A stretch of DNA of 64,000 bases from an uncultured delta proteobacterium (GTDB lineage Bacteria > Desulfobacterota > Desulfobaccia > Desulfobaccales > 0-14-0-80-60-11), in contig CAWKEQ010000006.1 in the NCBI GenBank assembly GCA_963848565.1, positions 16,666 to 80,665 of the forward strand, written 5' to 3'. The position numbers and the translations under genes were made by a program. How positions within the stretch are numbered: the first letter of the stretch is position 1; each line of letters starts with the position of its first letter. Of the stretch, positions 21,183 to 31,024 are shown piece after piece. Below the pieces are notes generated by a model. That model was given only the letters and a program-made list of their open reading frames with translations. It made no database searches and had not been told where the DNA came from.

Positions 21183-21806
21183 TTATGCTTGCTCTCCAAT
21201 GCCTTGCCGGAGGGCTTTTTCATCTCTGACGTGGTTGGCCCGGATATAGACGCTCTTGAACCCCTCCGGGGCTCCTTCATAGCGCGTCATGATACTGGCG
21301 ATACGCCCGCCATGTTCCCGGATCACGTCGGTGACCTGCTTAATGTATCCCGCCTGATCCGGCAATTCCAAGCCCATGGCCAGGGGCCCCTGAGAAATTC
21401 CGGAGATGGAGACAAAGGCCTGGAAGATATCGCCCTTGGTGAGAATCCCGGTTAAGGCGCCTTGGGCATCCACCACCGGCAGGGCCGAGATATGGTGTTT
21501 GAGCATGACGGCCGCGGCTCGCTCCACGGTGTCCCCGGGCGCGATGGTATGGAGGGTTTTGGGCATCAGGCTTTTGACCGTGATCGTGTCCAGGAGATGG
21601 TACATTTCATGGATATCCAGGGTGGTGGCCTTGGAAGGCGTGGCCTCTTTCAGATCCCGGTCAGAAACGATGCTCACGAGGCGGCCTTTTCTCAGAACCG
21701 GCAAGTGTTGAATGTCGTTTTGCTTCATAACCTTGGAGGCCTTCATGATGGAGGTTTCCTCATCAATGGTGACCAAGTCTTTGCTCATCCAATCCTGCAC
21801 CGGCAT
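21183..21806 (-). CDS. CBS-pair domain protein with C-terminal ACT-like domain (AcuB-like)
   Basis: ORF trimmed to MPVQDWMSKDLVTI; two CBS motifs (HLPVL…IVSDRD, ALPVVD…ILTKGD). Confidence 0.75.
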   Translation of the reverse strand: MPVQDWMSKDLVTIDEETSIMKASKVMKQNDIQHLPVLRKGRLVSIVSDRDLKEATPSKATTLDIHEMYHLLDTITVKSLMPKTLHTIAPGDTVERAAAVMLKHHISALPVVDAQGALTGILTKGDIFQAFVSISGISQGPLAMGLELPDQAGYIKQVTDVIREHGGRIASIMTRYEGAPEGFKSVYIRANHVRDEKALRQGIGEQA

Positions 21807-21833
21807 GACCAATCTCCTCTTGAAGAGTTCAAG

Positions 21834-21886
21834 GTTCAAAGTTCAAGGTTGTTTTTGCTTTGATCTGTGAACCTTGAACTTTGAAC
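21834..21886. repeat. 17-bp-stem hairpin built from CCTTGAAC/GTTCAAGG units
   Basis: GTTCAAAGTTCAAGGTT … AACCTTGAACTTTGAAC abuts the livF stop; related AACCTTGAACCTTGAACTTTGGAC at about 35897..35925. Confidence 0.7.
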
Positions 21887-22596
21887 TAAATTCCCAGATA
21901 GGTGCGGCGCACCTCGTCGTTTTCGCTGAGTTCCCGGGCCGGGCCTTCCAGGTGCACCTTGCCTTCGGCCAGGACGTAGGCATAATCGCTCACCGCCAGG
22001 GCCATGGTGACGTTCTGCTCCACCAGGAGCATGGTCAGGCCGGTTTTTTTCAGGCGATGCAGGGCCTCAAACAGGGTGAGGGCCAACAGGGGGGAGAGCC
22101 CCAGGGAGAGTTCGTCCAGCATGAGGACTTCGGGTTCAGCCATCAAACCCCGGCCCACGGCCACCATCTGTTGTTCGCCGCCGCTCAGGGTGCCGGCCTT
22201 CTGACGGGACCGTTCCTTGAGGCGGGGAAAGAGTTCATACACCTTGTCCAGGTTTTGATTAAACGTGGCCCGGGCCCGGGGAGAAAAGGCCCCCATTTCC
22301 AGGTTCTCATAGATGGACATTTCGGTGAACAGCTGGCGGCCTTCCGGGACCAAGACCATGCCGGCCTTGGCCCGGGCATGGGCGGACATGCCGGTGACGT
22401 CTTTTCCCTGAAAGGATACGGTGCCCGCCAGGGGCCGCACCAGCCCCATCACGGTCTTGAGCAAGGTGGTTTTGCCCACGCCGTTACTGCCCACCAGGGT
22501 GGTGAGTTTGCCCGGTTCCAGCTTGAGGTTGACCCCCCAGAGGATCTGGACGCCTTCGTAGCCGGAGGTGATGTCGTTTACTTCTAATATGGCCAT
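21886..22596 (-). CDS. livF: branched-chain amino acid ABC transporter ATP-binding protein
   Basis: 236-aa ORF; Walker A GSNGVGKTT, signature LSGGEQQ. Confidence 0.9.
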   Translation of the reverse strand: MAILEVNDITSGYEGVQILWGVNLKLEPGKLTTLVGSNGVGKTTLLKTVMGLVRPLAGTVSFQGKDVTGMSAHARAKAGMVLVPEGRQLFTEMSIYENLEMGAFSPRARATFNQNLDKVYELFPRLKERSRQKAGTLSGGEQQMVAVGRGLMAEPEVLMLDELSLGLSPLLALTLFEALHRLKKTGLTMLLVEQNVTMALAVSDYAYVLAEGKVHLEGPARELSENDEVRRTYLGI

Positions 22597-22601
22597 GGAA
22601 T

Positions 22602-23357
22602 CTACTCCGCCAGCAGTTGCGCCGTCATTTTGGGGTCTCCCAGATAGGCCTCGATCACCTGGGGATTGTTGGCCACTTCTTCAGGGGGGCCGGAAGCAAT
22701 CAACATGCCGTAATCCAGGACCAGGAGGCGGTCGGAAATGGCCATGATCGCCTGCATGACGTGTTCGATCATGAGGATGGTGACCCCTTGATCCCGGATG
22801 GTCCGGACGGTCTCCATCATGGAGGTGATTTCCGACGGGTTGAGGCCGGCCAGGACTTCATCCAGCAGGATCAAGTAGGGTTTGGCGGCCAGGGCCCGGG
22901 CCATTTCCAGGCGTTTTTTCATAGCCACGGTGAGGCTCCCCGCCGGCTGGTCGGCCCGGTCGATGAGGCCCACCTGGGTCAAGGCCTCGTCGGCCAGTCG
23001 GGCTGCAGCCCTGAGGCCGCGGTGTTCCCGGCCGAAACAGGCCCCCACCATGACGTTCTCCCGCACCGTGAGATCGGCCAGCGGACGCACCACCTGGTGG
23101 GCCCGGGCCAGTCCCCGGCGGGCCACATCATAAGAGGGTTTGCCGGTGACGTTTTCGCCCCGGAAGAACACCTGCCCCTGGGTCGGGGCGTAGACCCCGT
23201 TGATGACGTTGAATAAGGTGGTTTTGCCGGCGCCGTTGGGCCCGATGAGCCCCAAGATCTGACCTTCCGGCAGATCAAAGGTGACGTCAGTCAGGGCCTG
23301 AAGACCGCCGAAACGTTTGGAGACCTCCTTAACCTGCAAGACCATTTCGGGGCTCAT
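22602..23357 (-). CDS. livG: branched-chain amino acid ABC transporter ATP-binding protein
   Basis: ORF trimmed to MSPEMVLQVKEVSKRFGG (ATG 23357, overlaps the livM stop); Walker A GPNGAGKTT. Confidence 0.9.
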   Translation of the reverse strand: MSPEMVLQVKEVSKRFGGLQALTDVTFDLPEGQILGLIGPNGAGKTTLFNVINGVYAPTQGQVFFRGENVTGKPSYDVARRGLARAHQVVRPLADLTVRENVMVGACFGREHRGLRAAARLADEALTQVGLIDRADQPAGSLTVAMKKRLEMARALAAKPYLILLDEVLAGLNPSEITSMMETVRTIRDQGVTILMIEHVMQAIMAISDRLLVLDYGMLIASGPPEEVANNPQVIEAYLGDPKMTAQLLAE

Positions 23358-24322
23358 TCCAGTACCCTCCTCAGGCGCGGGAAACGCTCCCGCAGCCAAC
23401 CGACGGCGCCCCCCGGCACAAAGAGCACGATGATCAGCAGGATGCCGCCGGACAGGGCCAGGTGGAGGTTCTTGAACAGCGGACTGACCAACAGGTAGCC
23501 CCGCAGCCGTTCATAGGCAAAGGCCCCCAGGATCGGCCCCAGCACCAAACCCTTGCCCCCCAGCATGACCATGACCAGGATCTCGAGGGACAATTGGAAG
23601 CGGAAGGCGTCCTCCGGCTCGACATTGCCGTTCTTGAAGAAGTATAAGGTGCCGACAAAAGCCGGAAAAAACGCCGACAGGGCAAAGGCCGCGGTTTTGG
23701 CCCACGGGGCTTTCACCCCCATGACCATGGCGGCGTCCTCATCCTCCCGGATGGCAATGAGGCCCAGGCCGAAGCGGGAATGCTTCACCAGGTAGCTGAG
23801 CACCACCGTGGCAATGGCGACGATCCAGAGGAGCGTAAAGATCCACCACAAGGCCGGGCCGGCGCCGCCATACTTGTCGTAGGCCGAAAAATTGACGTAC
23901 ATGCCGGTGGCCGCGCCAAAGGGTTCGAAATTGGCCACAAAGGCCCGGGCCGCCTCATTGACGCCGATGGTGGCCAGGGCGAAGTAGGCGCCCCGCAAAC
24001 GCAGTACCGCGGAGCCGATGACCAGGGCGACCAGGACCGACAGGCAGCCCCCCCCCAGCATAGCCAGGTACAAAGGCCAGCCCAGTTCGCTGAGGAGGAA
24101 AAAACCGAAATAGCCGCCCAGGCCGAAAAAGACGATGTGGCCGAAATTCACATACCCGGTAAAGCCCATGATGATGTTGAGGCTGGAGGCCAGGGCCACG
24201 AACATCAACACCGTGAACGCAGTCTCCCGCAGGGTGTCCTGACGCAGGATAAGGACAATGGCCCCGCCCACGATCACCAGGAGCACATTCAGCCAGAAGC
24301 CCGGTTGTCGCCAGAAATTCAT
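23354..24322 (-). CDS. livM: branched-chain amino acid ABC transporter permease
   Basis: 322-aa polytopic membrane ORF in liv operon order. Confidence 0.85.
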   Translation of the reverse strand: MNFWRQPGFWLNVLLVIVGGAIVLILRQDTLRETAFTVLMFVALASSLNIIMGFTGYVNFGHIVFFGLGGYFGFFLLSELGWPLYLAMLGGGCLSVLVALVIGSAVLRLRGAYFALATIGVNEAARAFVANFEPFGAATGMYVNFSAYDKYGGAGPALWWIFTLLWIVAIATVVLSYLVKHSRFGLGLIAIREDEDAAMVMGVKAPWAKTAAFALSAFFPAFVGTLYFFKNGNVEPEDAFRFQLSLEILVMVMLGGKGLVLGPILGAFAYERLRGYLLVSPLFKNLHLALSGGILLIIVLFVPGGAVGWLRERFPRLRRVLE

Positions 24323-25180
24323 TTATTTGGCCCCCATAATGCCGGTGGGCCGGACCACCAGTACCAGGACGAAGAGGCCAAATTCCACCACCGGGACCCA
24401 ACTGACCGGCATGAAAATAGGCACGATGCCCTCCAGACCTCCCAGGATCAGCCCACCCAACAGGGCCCCCAAGGGGTTGCCCAAGCCGCCCAGGACGCAG
24501 ATGACAAAGGACTTCAACTGGTAGGTGCTGCCGCTTAAGATGGTAAAGGGGAAAAACGTGGCGGTCAAGCCGCCGGCGACCGCGGCGAGCATGGTCCCCA
24601 GACCAAAAGTCAGGGCCAGGATCCTCGAGGAAGGGATGCCCATCAACTCGGCCGCGGCCCGATTATCGGAGACGGCGCGAATGGCCTTGCCCGGCCGGGA
24701 AAAATAGAGAAACAGGTAAAGAGCTCCGGTCATAACCAGAGAGGCCGCGGCCGCGAACAGACGCGTGCCTTGCAGGATTATGGGTCCCAGGTCGATGGAA
24801 CCCAAAGAGAAATCCACATTCTGGGGCGACGTGCTGAAAACCGTGGTCCCGATGCCGATAATGATCATGTTGACGGCAAAGGTGCCCAACAAGGTATACA
24901 GGTAGCCGGCCTGGATGACCCGAGCCAGCGAGATGATATACACGATGACCCCGAAAATCAGGGCCATGACCACCAGCAGCAGCAAGCCGAGATAAGGGTT
25001 GACGCCGGCATGGGTAAACAGGAGGTAGATGGTGAACATGCCCAGGGCCATGGTGGCGCCGTGGGCCAGGTTGATGACCCGCATCACTCCCCAGATTAAC
25101 GACAGACCCATGGCGGCGATACCGTAGACAAAGCCGATGAGCAGACCATCAATGACCGAAGCTGACATATGGCCAAACAC
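24323..25180 (-). CDS. livH: branched-chain amino acid ABC transporter permease
   Basis: 285-aa polytopic membrane ORF, abuts livM. Confidence 0.85.
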   Translation of the reverse strand: MFGHMSASVIDGLLIGFVYGIAAMGLSLIWGVMRVINLAHGATMALGMFTIYLLFTHAGVNPYLGLLLLVVMALIFGVIVYIISLARVIQAGYLYTLLGTFAVNMIIIGIGTTVFSTSPQNVDFSLGSIDLGPIILQGTRLFAAAASLVMTGALYLFLYFSRPGKAIRAVSDNRAAAELMGIPSSRILALTFGLGTMLAAVAGGLTATFFPFTILSGSTYQLKSFVICVLGGLGNPLGALLGGLILGGLEGIVPIFMPVSWVPVVEFGLFVLVLVVRPTGIMGAK

Positions 25181-25254
25181 GATGAATTCCTCTCCCAGGT
25201 GAACCCTGCCATTACCGGCCTGATAATGGCAGGGCGGGTAGGTTTTTTAAGTAA

Positions 25255-26619
25255 CTAACGAGCGGGACAGACCATGGGGGTGGCGGTGGCCGCAGCCTTC
25301 GGCCAGACGGCTACCTTGGTCGCCTTGCCATCCTGACCCTTCTGCCACTGGATATAGATCATTTCGTGGCCGGTCTGGAGGCCGTGGAGTTTGCCGGTGT
25401 CGAACTTGATGCGCCCGTAGAAGGTGTACATGTCCTCCTTGTCCAGGGCGGCCTTGACTTTCTCCGTGTCGACGGAACCGGCGCTCTCAATGGCCTTCTG
25501 GAGGATCAGGCCCGCGGCATAACCTCCGGCGCTGTGGTAGGAAGGTTCTTCCTTGCCGTATTTAGCCTGATAGAGCTTAAGGAATTCCGGCACGGTGACC
25601 CCAAACCACTCGACATTTTCCGACTTGGCGGACTCAGGGCTATACTTGGCCAGGGGTTCCCATTGGCTGGCGCCGATCACCGAGATACAGGCCTCGCCCA
25701 GTTCGGCAAATTTGGGTTCCGGCGGCGCCACCAGCAAGGCGATCATCTTGGTGGGGACCTTTTTCTCGTAAAGCTGCCGGGCAAAAGTAGTGGTGTCGGC
25801 AAAATGGCCGCCGCCCATCACCGCATCTATCCCTTTGGGGATCTTGTTGATGAAGGGGGCGAAGTCGGTGGTACCGCTGTCATAGCCCTCAAACAGGGGG
25901 ACCTGCATGCCTTTGCCCAAAGCGTATTTCTTCAGGGCATTCACCACGTCGGTGGAAAACTTGTCATTTTCATGGATGATGGCGATCTTCTTGGCCTTGG
26001 GGTCGAGCTTCAGCAAAATGTCCACCGCCCCAGTCAGGTAGCGGCTGGCGGGGGTGTAGGCCTGGTAAACCAGGGAATATCCTTTTTTATACGTGGAATC
26101 GGAGGCCGCCCCTGCGGTGATCATGATTTTTTTATACTGCTGGGCAATGACCGCGGCGGCATCAGTCAGCCCGCTACTATAAGGGCTGATGAGAAAGTCG
26201 GCCTTGTCGCTGCTGATGAGCCGGGTATAGAGCTCCTGGACCCGGTCCTTGTTGCTCTCATCGTCATAATACTTGGTCTGGACCTTGACCTTGGTCCCGT
26301 CGGGCAGCTTGATGCCGCCGGCCTTGTTGATCTCCTCCACCCAAAGGTTCAAGCCGTTGATCTGGCGGGTGGCCTCGACATTGAGCTTGCCGGTCTTGGA
26401 GGCGGTGAAGCCGATGAGAATGGTTTTTTCCGCGGCCTTGGCCGCGGGAGGAGCAGTTTTATCCGCGGTCTTGGCGGCGGGAGGAGCGGTTTTATCCTTG
26501 CCGGTGACACCAGGCTCAGCGGTTTTATCTGCGGCCGCGGCGCCGGGCGGGGCAGTTAAGGAAGCCAGAATCAAACTTAAGGAAAGCACAACCGCAAAAC
26601 CTATTCTGAAACGTTTCAT
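25255..26619 (-). CDS. periplasmic amino-acid binding protein (LivJ/K type) with repetitive N-terminal linker
   Basis: ORF trimmed to MKRFRIGFAVV (ATG 26619, AAGGAGG upstream); signal peptide, then DKTAPPAAK-type repeats, then a type I periplasmic binding fold. Confidence 0.85.
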   Translation of the reverse strand: MKRFRIGFAVVLSLSLILASLTAPPGAAAADKTAEPGVTGKDKTAPPAAKTADKTAPPAAKAAEKTILIGFTASKTGKLNVEATRQINGLNLWVEEINKAGGIKLPDGTKVKVQTKYYDDESNKDRVQELYTRLISSDKADFLISPYSSGLTDAAAVIAQQYKKIMITAGAASDSTYKKGYSLVYQAYTPASRYLTGAVDILLKLDPKAKKIAIIHENDKFSTDVVNALKKYALGKGMQVPLFEGYDSGTTDFAPFINKIPKGIDAVMGGGHFADTTTFARQLYEKKVPTKMIALLVAPPEPKFAELGEACISVIGASQWEPLAKYSPESAKSENVEWFGVTVPEFLKLYQAKYGKEEPSYHSAGGYAAGLILQKAIESAGSVDTEKVKAALDKEDMYTFYGRIKFDTGKLHGLQTGHEMIYIQWQKGQDGKATKVAVWPKAAATATPMVCPAR

Positions 26620-26878
26620 GGTTCCTCCTTCTTGTAGGGGTCCGTGGTTAACCTGCAGCAAGGGAAGCGAAAGGAAAAAAGGACAAACAATCAATACTTA
26701 ACCATTTATAATTATTTGTCGAAGATTTATCAAGAGAAACTTACCTGAAATTTTGGATAAGGGCCGGATTTCCCCTTGCCGCTCTCCGGGTTTGAGGCCC
26801 TTTGCCCAGGCTGCTGAAAACCGTCGCAGGGTTCCTTAAACCATCAGGCAATTCCCGGCGCCAACTACCGCTCCCGGC

Positions 26879-27418
26879 TCATTTGAGGTAGGGGCGCAGA
26901 AAATCCATGCCTTCCCGGGGGGAGGCCTCCCCCTGGAACTTGAAGGGGATAGGGATAATCCCTCCCATGACGGAAGCGAGGCGGAAGCTGCCGGCGATCT
27001 GATAGTGAAACTGGCGTTGCTGCTGCCCTTTTTGCAGCATGGGGAGGAACTGGGGCAGGAGCTCCAACACCGCGGGCAATTGCACCGTAATGGGGACCTC
27101 TGCCACCGTCTGCCCCAAGGGTGGGAGATTTACCGCCTGCTGGCTGGTTCCCTGAGCCACGTTCTGGCCTTCAATCCACAATTGGTAATCATACCCCACG
27201 AGGTCTAAGGCCTGGGAATTGGGATTCGACAGGAGCAGCCTGGCGCCCAGGGGCCAGCCCCGGGGGGTGGGTCGGTAAATCGTCAGACCTTGAAAGGTTA
27301 CCTTGGGGGGCTGAATCTCCCCCCGGGCCAGTTGCCGGACCCCGCAGGCCGGAATAGCCGCGAGGAGCATCAGCGTCAGAAAAATACCGCCACAAACTCG
27401 CCGGAGATCAGGGTGCAT
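26879..27418 (-). CDS. LEA_2 (NDR1/HIN1-like, LEA14-like) lipoprotein
   Basis: 179-aa ORF; lipobox LLAAIPAC; pattern …KVTFQGLTI…LLLSNPNSQALDLVGYDYQLWIEG… resembles LEA_2 domains. Confidence 0.5.
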   Translation of the reverse strand: MHPDLRRVCGGIFLTLMLLAAIPACGVRQLARGEIQPPKVTFQGLTIYRPTPRGWPLGARLLLSNPNSQALDLVGYDYQLWIEGQNVAQGTSQQAVNLPPLGQTVAEVPITVQLPAVLELLPQFLPMLQKGQQQRQFHYQIAGSFRLASVMGGIIPIPFKFQGEASPREGMDFLRPYLK

Positions 27419-27530
27419 CGCAGGGGGTTACTCCTCAGGCAACCGGGGCCATGCGCCTGACGGCCATGGCCCCTGAATCTACCTGACAAGTATAGCAGAT
27501 TTTAACCGCGTCTTCCGCCCCTCATCCTGA

Positions 27531-28925
27531 TTATTTCTTCGGCGGCGGTGCGCCCCAAGGCGGGGTGGTGCTGCCGGTGGCCCCGGGGAAATCGGGATAC
27601 CGGTAGGCCTTCTTGTTGTGCTTGAGCATATCCTGGGCGTCTTCCATGATGGCGCAGAAGCGCTTTTTTAATTCATAGAAGCCGTGCCACCAGGTGTAAT
27701 CCGGGGCCATCATGGCTGCGCCCATGCGGGCCCGGCGGCCCTCGTGGTGCCACAATTCGTAGAACTCGAATTCCAGTTTCTCGTCGAAGTACTTGGTCTT
27801 GTCCAGCAATTTCTTGGTGTAGAGCTCATCCATCACCTTCTTAACCGGCTTGAAGTAGATCTCGTTGTAGTTTTGGACCACCGCATCCAATTTGAAGTAA
27901 TGATCGTCCACCCATTCCCGGGAGTGGCATTGGATGCAGATCTCCTTCATCTTGTTGCGCTCCACTTCCCAGTTGTTCTTGGCCGGGAAGGCGGCGAAAT
28001 CGGCCGGCCGCACCGTCAGAGGCGCTTGCAGTTCCCAGGAGAGCCGTTCGGTGACATCGTGGGTGGTCAGGGTGGTGCCGGCCCCGGACATGTGGCAGAC
28101 GGCGCAGGTGGGGCCCCGGTAATCCACCCCGGGGGTCCAGGTGCCCGGCGCCGCCTCCCAGTTATACTGGCTGCCGAACGCCGCATAGATATCGCCGTGT
28201 TTGGATTCGGTGTAGATTTCGATCTGGGGATGGTCCGGCCCCAGGTGGCAAGAACCGCAGGCCTCCGGCTTCCTGGCGTCCATGATGGAGAAACGGTGGC
28301 GGGTGTGGCAGCTAGTACAGCTGCCCTTGCTGCCATCCAGATTGATACGGCCCACGCCCACATTGGGCCAGGTCATGGGATCGGGCTTACCGTCCTTCAT
28401 TTTTACCACCGTGCCATGGCAATAATAACAGCCGCTGGCCCGTTCTATGGCGTTGTTCATGCCATCCTTCATCCAAAGATCGATTTTCCAGATGATTTCA
28501 TTGGTATTGGCGTGTTTGCTGCGGTTGTACTGGGTGACTTCATCGGGGTGGCAGCGGGAGCAGGTCTTGGGCGTCACCACCGCGGCCACGGGGACGCGGT
28601 ATTCCGCAGTGCCCCACTTGTTGTTGGAGAGCTCGTACTGCTTGAAGTGGGTGGTGCTGACCCCCGGGTCGGCCGGGTCGGCCTGGTGGCAATCCAGGCA
28701 GGTGATGTTGGCGCTGGCATGACGGCTCATGGACCAGTCAACGAAAATACCGGGGCTCACCTGCTTGTGGCATTCGATGCAGGCCACGGCCTGCTTGGAC
28801 ATGCTGCGCTCGATGCGAAATTCTTTGGCCTTGGGGGTGTTCACCGGTTGCTGGGCCCGGGCGCTCACCGCCCCGGCCAGTAACAGCCCCACCATTAACA
28901 TCCAGATGACTGCTTTGCTCTTCAT
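27531..28925 (-). CDS. hao: octahaem c-type cytochrome, hydroxylamine oxidoreductase (HAO) family
   Basis: 464-aa ORF with signal peptide and eight CxxCH motifs (CIECH, CLDCH, CSRCH, CYYCH, CTSCH, CGSCH, CAVCH, CIQCH); GPDHPQIEIYTESKHG stretch typical of the HAO family. Confidence 0.85.
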   Translation of the reverse strand: MKSKAVIWMLMVGLLLAGAVSARAQQPVNTPKAKEFRIERSMSKQAVACIECHKQVSPGIFVDWSMSRHASANITCLDCHQADPADPGVSTTHFKQYELSNNKWGTAEYRVPVAAVVTPKTCSRCHPDEVTQYNRSKHANTNEIIWKIDLWMKDGMNNAIERASGCYYCHGTVVKMKDGKPDPMTWPNVGVGRINLDGSKGSCTSCHTRHRFSIMDARKPEACGSCHLGPDHPQIEIYTESKHGDIYAAFGSQYNWEAAPGTWTPGVDYRGPTCAVCHMSGAGTTLTTHDVTERLSWELQAPLTVRPADFAAFPAKNNWEVERNKMKEICIQCHSREWVDDHYFKLDAVVQNYNEIYFKPVKKVMDELYTKKLLDKTKYFDEKLEFEFYELWHHEGRRARMGAAMMAPDYTWWHGFYELKKRFCAIMEDAQDMLKHNKKAYRYPDFPGATGSTTPPWGAPPPKK

Positions 28926-28986
28926 CGATGCGCCCCTCCTCGTTTAACTGAAGCCTGCCTGCACGTCCCGAGATAAATACGAGTGG

Positions 28987-29517
28987 TTAGTTGCATACCT
29001 TGTAATCGTAAACCGCCCGGGCATTGTGGACCAGGTTGCGGTGGCAGTCCACACACTTGAGTTCATAGCCGGGCCGGGGATAGATAACCGAACGGTGCGC
29101 CAGCATGGCGCCCCGCTTGTAAGGCAGATAAAGGATGTTGCGGTGACACTTCTGACATTGATTGTTCTTAAAGGAGGCGTAGGCCGCCTGCCGGTTCTTT
29201 TCATGGTCGTAGGGGCGCCCGGTGAGGTGGACCAGGACGTCCTTGATGCCGTGGAAGGACTTGGCGTAGAAAAAGCTGGCGGTGTCCTGGGGCGCCGGCA
29301 GGTGGCAGTCCATGCAGTCCGCCACGAACCCCTGGCCGTTGTTGACGTGGGTGGAAGTCTTCCAGGTTTCATAGGCGAACTGGATTTCATGGCAGGAAGC
29401 ACAGAACTGCGGCGTGGAGGTGCGCACCATGGTGTAATAGGTCAGACTGAACAGAGGAAAGGCGATCAGGAGACCGACAAGGATATAGAGAGCGGGTCGG
29501 AGGAACTTTTTCATCAA
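28987..29517 (-). CDS. tetrahaem membrane-anchored quinol dehydrogenase, NapC/NirT/NrfH family
   Basis: 176-aa ORF; N-terminal TM helix; four CxxCH motifs (CASCH, CMDCH, CQKCH, CVDCH); immediately upstream of hao. Confidence 0.85.
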   Translation of the reverse strand: MMKKFLRPALYILVGLLIAFPLFSLTYYTMVRTSTPQFCASCHEIQFAYETWKTSTHVNNGQGFVADCMDCHLPAPQDTASFFYAKSFHGIKDVLVHLTGRPYDHEKNRQAAYASFKNNQCQKCHRNILYLPYKRGAMLAHRSVIYPRPGYELKCVDCHRNLVHNARAVYDYKVCN

Positions 29518-29857
29518 AATGGCCCGTTCAATGCAGTCACTTCAGTGAAGAAGCCATGGCGATGCGGCCGGATCGGCCCGATTGCGCCTGACCAGCCTTG
29601 CCGTTGAGGGCCCGGCGTGGCCAGGCGCCCATCACCAGAAAAGGGTGGGAAGAACCTGGCGATCTGACCCCGGAACCGGAAGCCCCGGTCAGATTTGTCA
29701 GGTGGGCGCAGCATACTGAAATTGAGGTCAGAATGCAAACAATTTCTTTCAATATTGTAACAGGCGGGTAGGGAAGACAGCCCTGGCCAGCGCCGACTCG
29801 TTAGGGCTGTGGCATAAACGGGGTCACCGGTTGGGGGCGGGGATGAAGCTGAAAGGA

Positions 29858-31018
29858 TTAAACGTCCGTTTGGTCTACAAAAGACAGGGGCAGGCGGTCG
29901 GCCACCACCAGGCCTTCCGAAGTGGCGATGACCCGGCCGCGGTCCACCCGGACCAGGCCGGCCCGGGTGAGCTCCGCGACCATGGCGTCGGCGCCCGGCT
30001 GCTCCCGGAGGGTGGCAAGACTGACGCCCTCACGGGTGCGGAACCCCAGGGCCAGGGTCTCCAGGCGAATTTGCTCCGGGGTGAGGGTTTCGGCCCCCGC
30101 CACCGGGAGTTCGCCGGCGTTCAAGGCGGCGCCATATTTCTCCACGGACGAGCAAATTCCACCAGCGGCGCCCGGCCAGGAACGAATGCGCCCCCGGACC
30201 CAGCCCCAGGTAGGGGGTCCGGGTCCAGTACTTCAGGTTGTGGCGGCAGCAGTAGCACAGGTCTTTAACCTGTGGTCCTTGCCGGGCGAAATTGGCCACT
30301 TCATAGTGGAGATAGCCGTGCGTTGTGAGGAAGTTGGCGGTGAAGAGGAAAAACTGCCGCTGGGTTTCTTCATCCGGAGGGGTGAGGCTCCCCGCGGCAT
30401 AGCTGCGTCCCATGGGGGTTTCCGGGGCCAGGGTGAGCTGATAGCACGACAGGTGTTCCGGGGCGAAACTTAGGGCCGTCTCCAGGGTGTTGATCCAGGC
30501 GTCCAGGCTTTGCCCCGGCAGCCCGTAGATCAGGTCCAGCCCCAGGTTGGTGAACACCCGCGGCCCGGATCAGCTCGATGGCCGCCGTCGTCTGCGCGGC
30601 GGTGTGGCGTCGTTCCCAGAAACCGCAGCTCGGCCTCGTCAAAGGACTGGACCCCCAGGCTGAGGCGGTTAATCCCCAGATCCCGCCAGATCGCCAGCTT
30701 GTCCGCGCTCATATCGTCAGGGTTGGCTTCGATGGTGAACTCGGTGTCCGGGGCAAAAGTGAAATGCCGGCGCAGACTGGCCACCAGCGCGCCGAGCTGC
30801 GCCGCGTCCAGGAGCGACGGCGTGCCGCCCCCCAAGAAGAGGGAATCGAAGCCGGGAAACTGGCCTCGATAAAGCCGGGCCTCGGCGTCCAGGGCGGTGA
30901 GATAGGCCGAAATCAGGGTTTCATCAGTGACAGAATAAAAATCGCAATAGGGGCATTTGGATTTGCAGAAGGGGATGTGGACGTAAAGGCCGGGATTCAT
31001 GGGGTGATCCATGCTCAT
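29858..31018 (-). pseudogene. hemW: radical SAM haem chaperone HemW (HemN-like), at least three frameshifts
   Basis: Four consecutive ORF pieces in different frames: the CxxxCxxC piece (YVHIPFCKSKCPYCDF…, 30530..31018), then RRHTAAQTTAAIELIRAAG (30370..30642), FTNLGLDLIYGLPGQ… (30030..30557) and the C-terminal HemN_C-like piece (29858..30145). Confidence 0.8.
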
Positions 31019-31024
31019 GATTTT

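Noticed and set aside
21834-21886. Strong hairpin right after livF, considered as a rho-independent terminator
   Set aside because: No U-tract follows on the transcribed (minus) strand. The stem is made of a repeat unit that also occurs at about 35900, so it is listed as a repeat rather than a terminator.
26440-26540. Tandem near-repeats (GCGG…GGAGC(A/G)GTTTTATCC units) that looked like a possible short array
   Set aside because: They lie in frame inside the binding-protein gene and encode the DKTAPPAAK linker repeats. There are only about three units and no spacers, so this is not a CRISPR or regulatory array.
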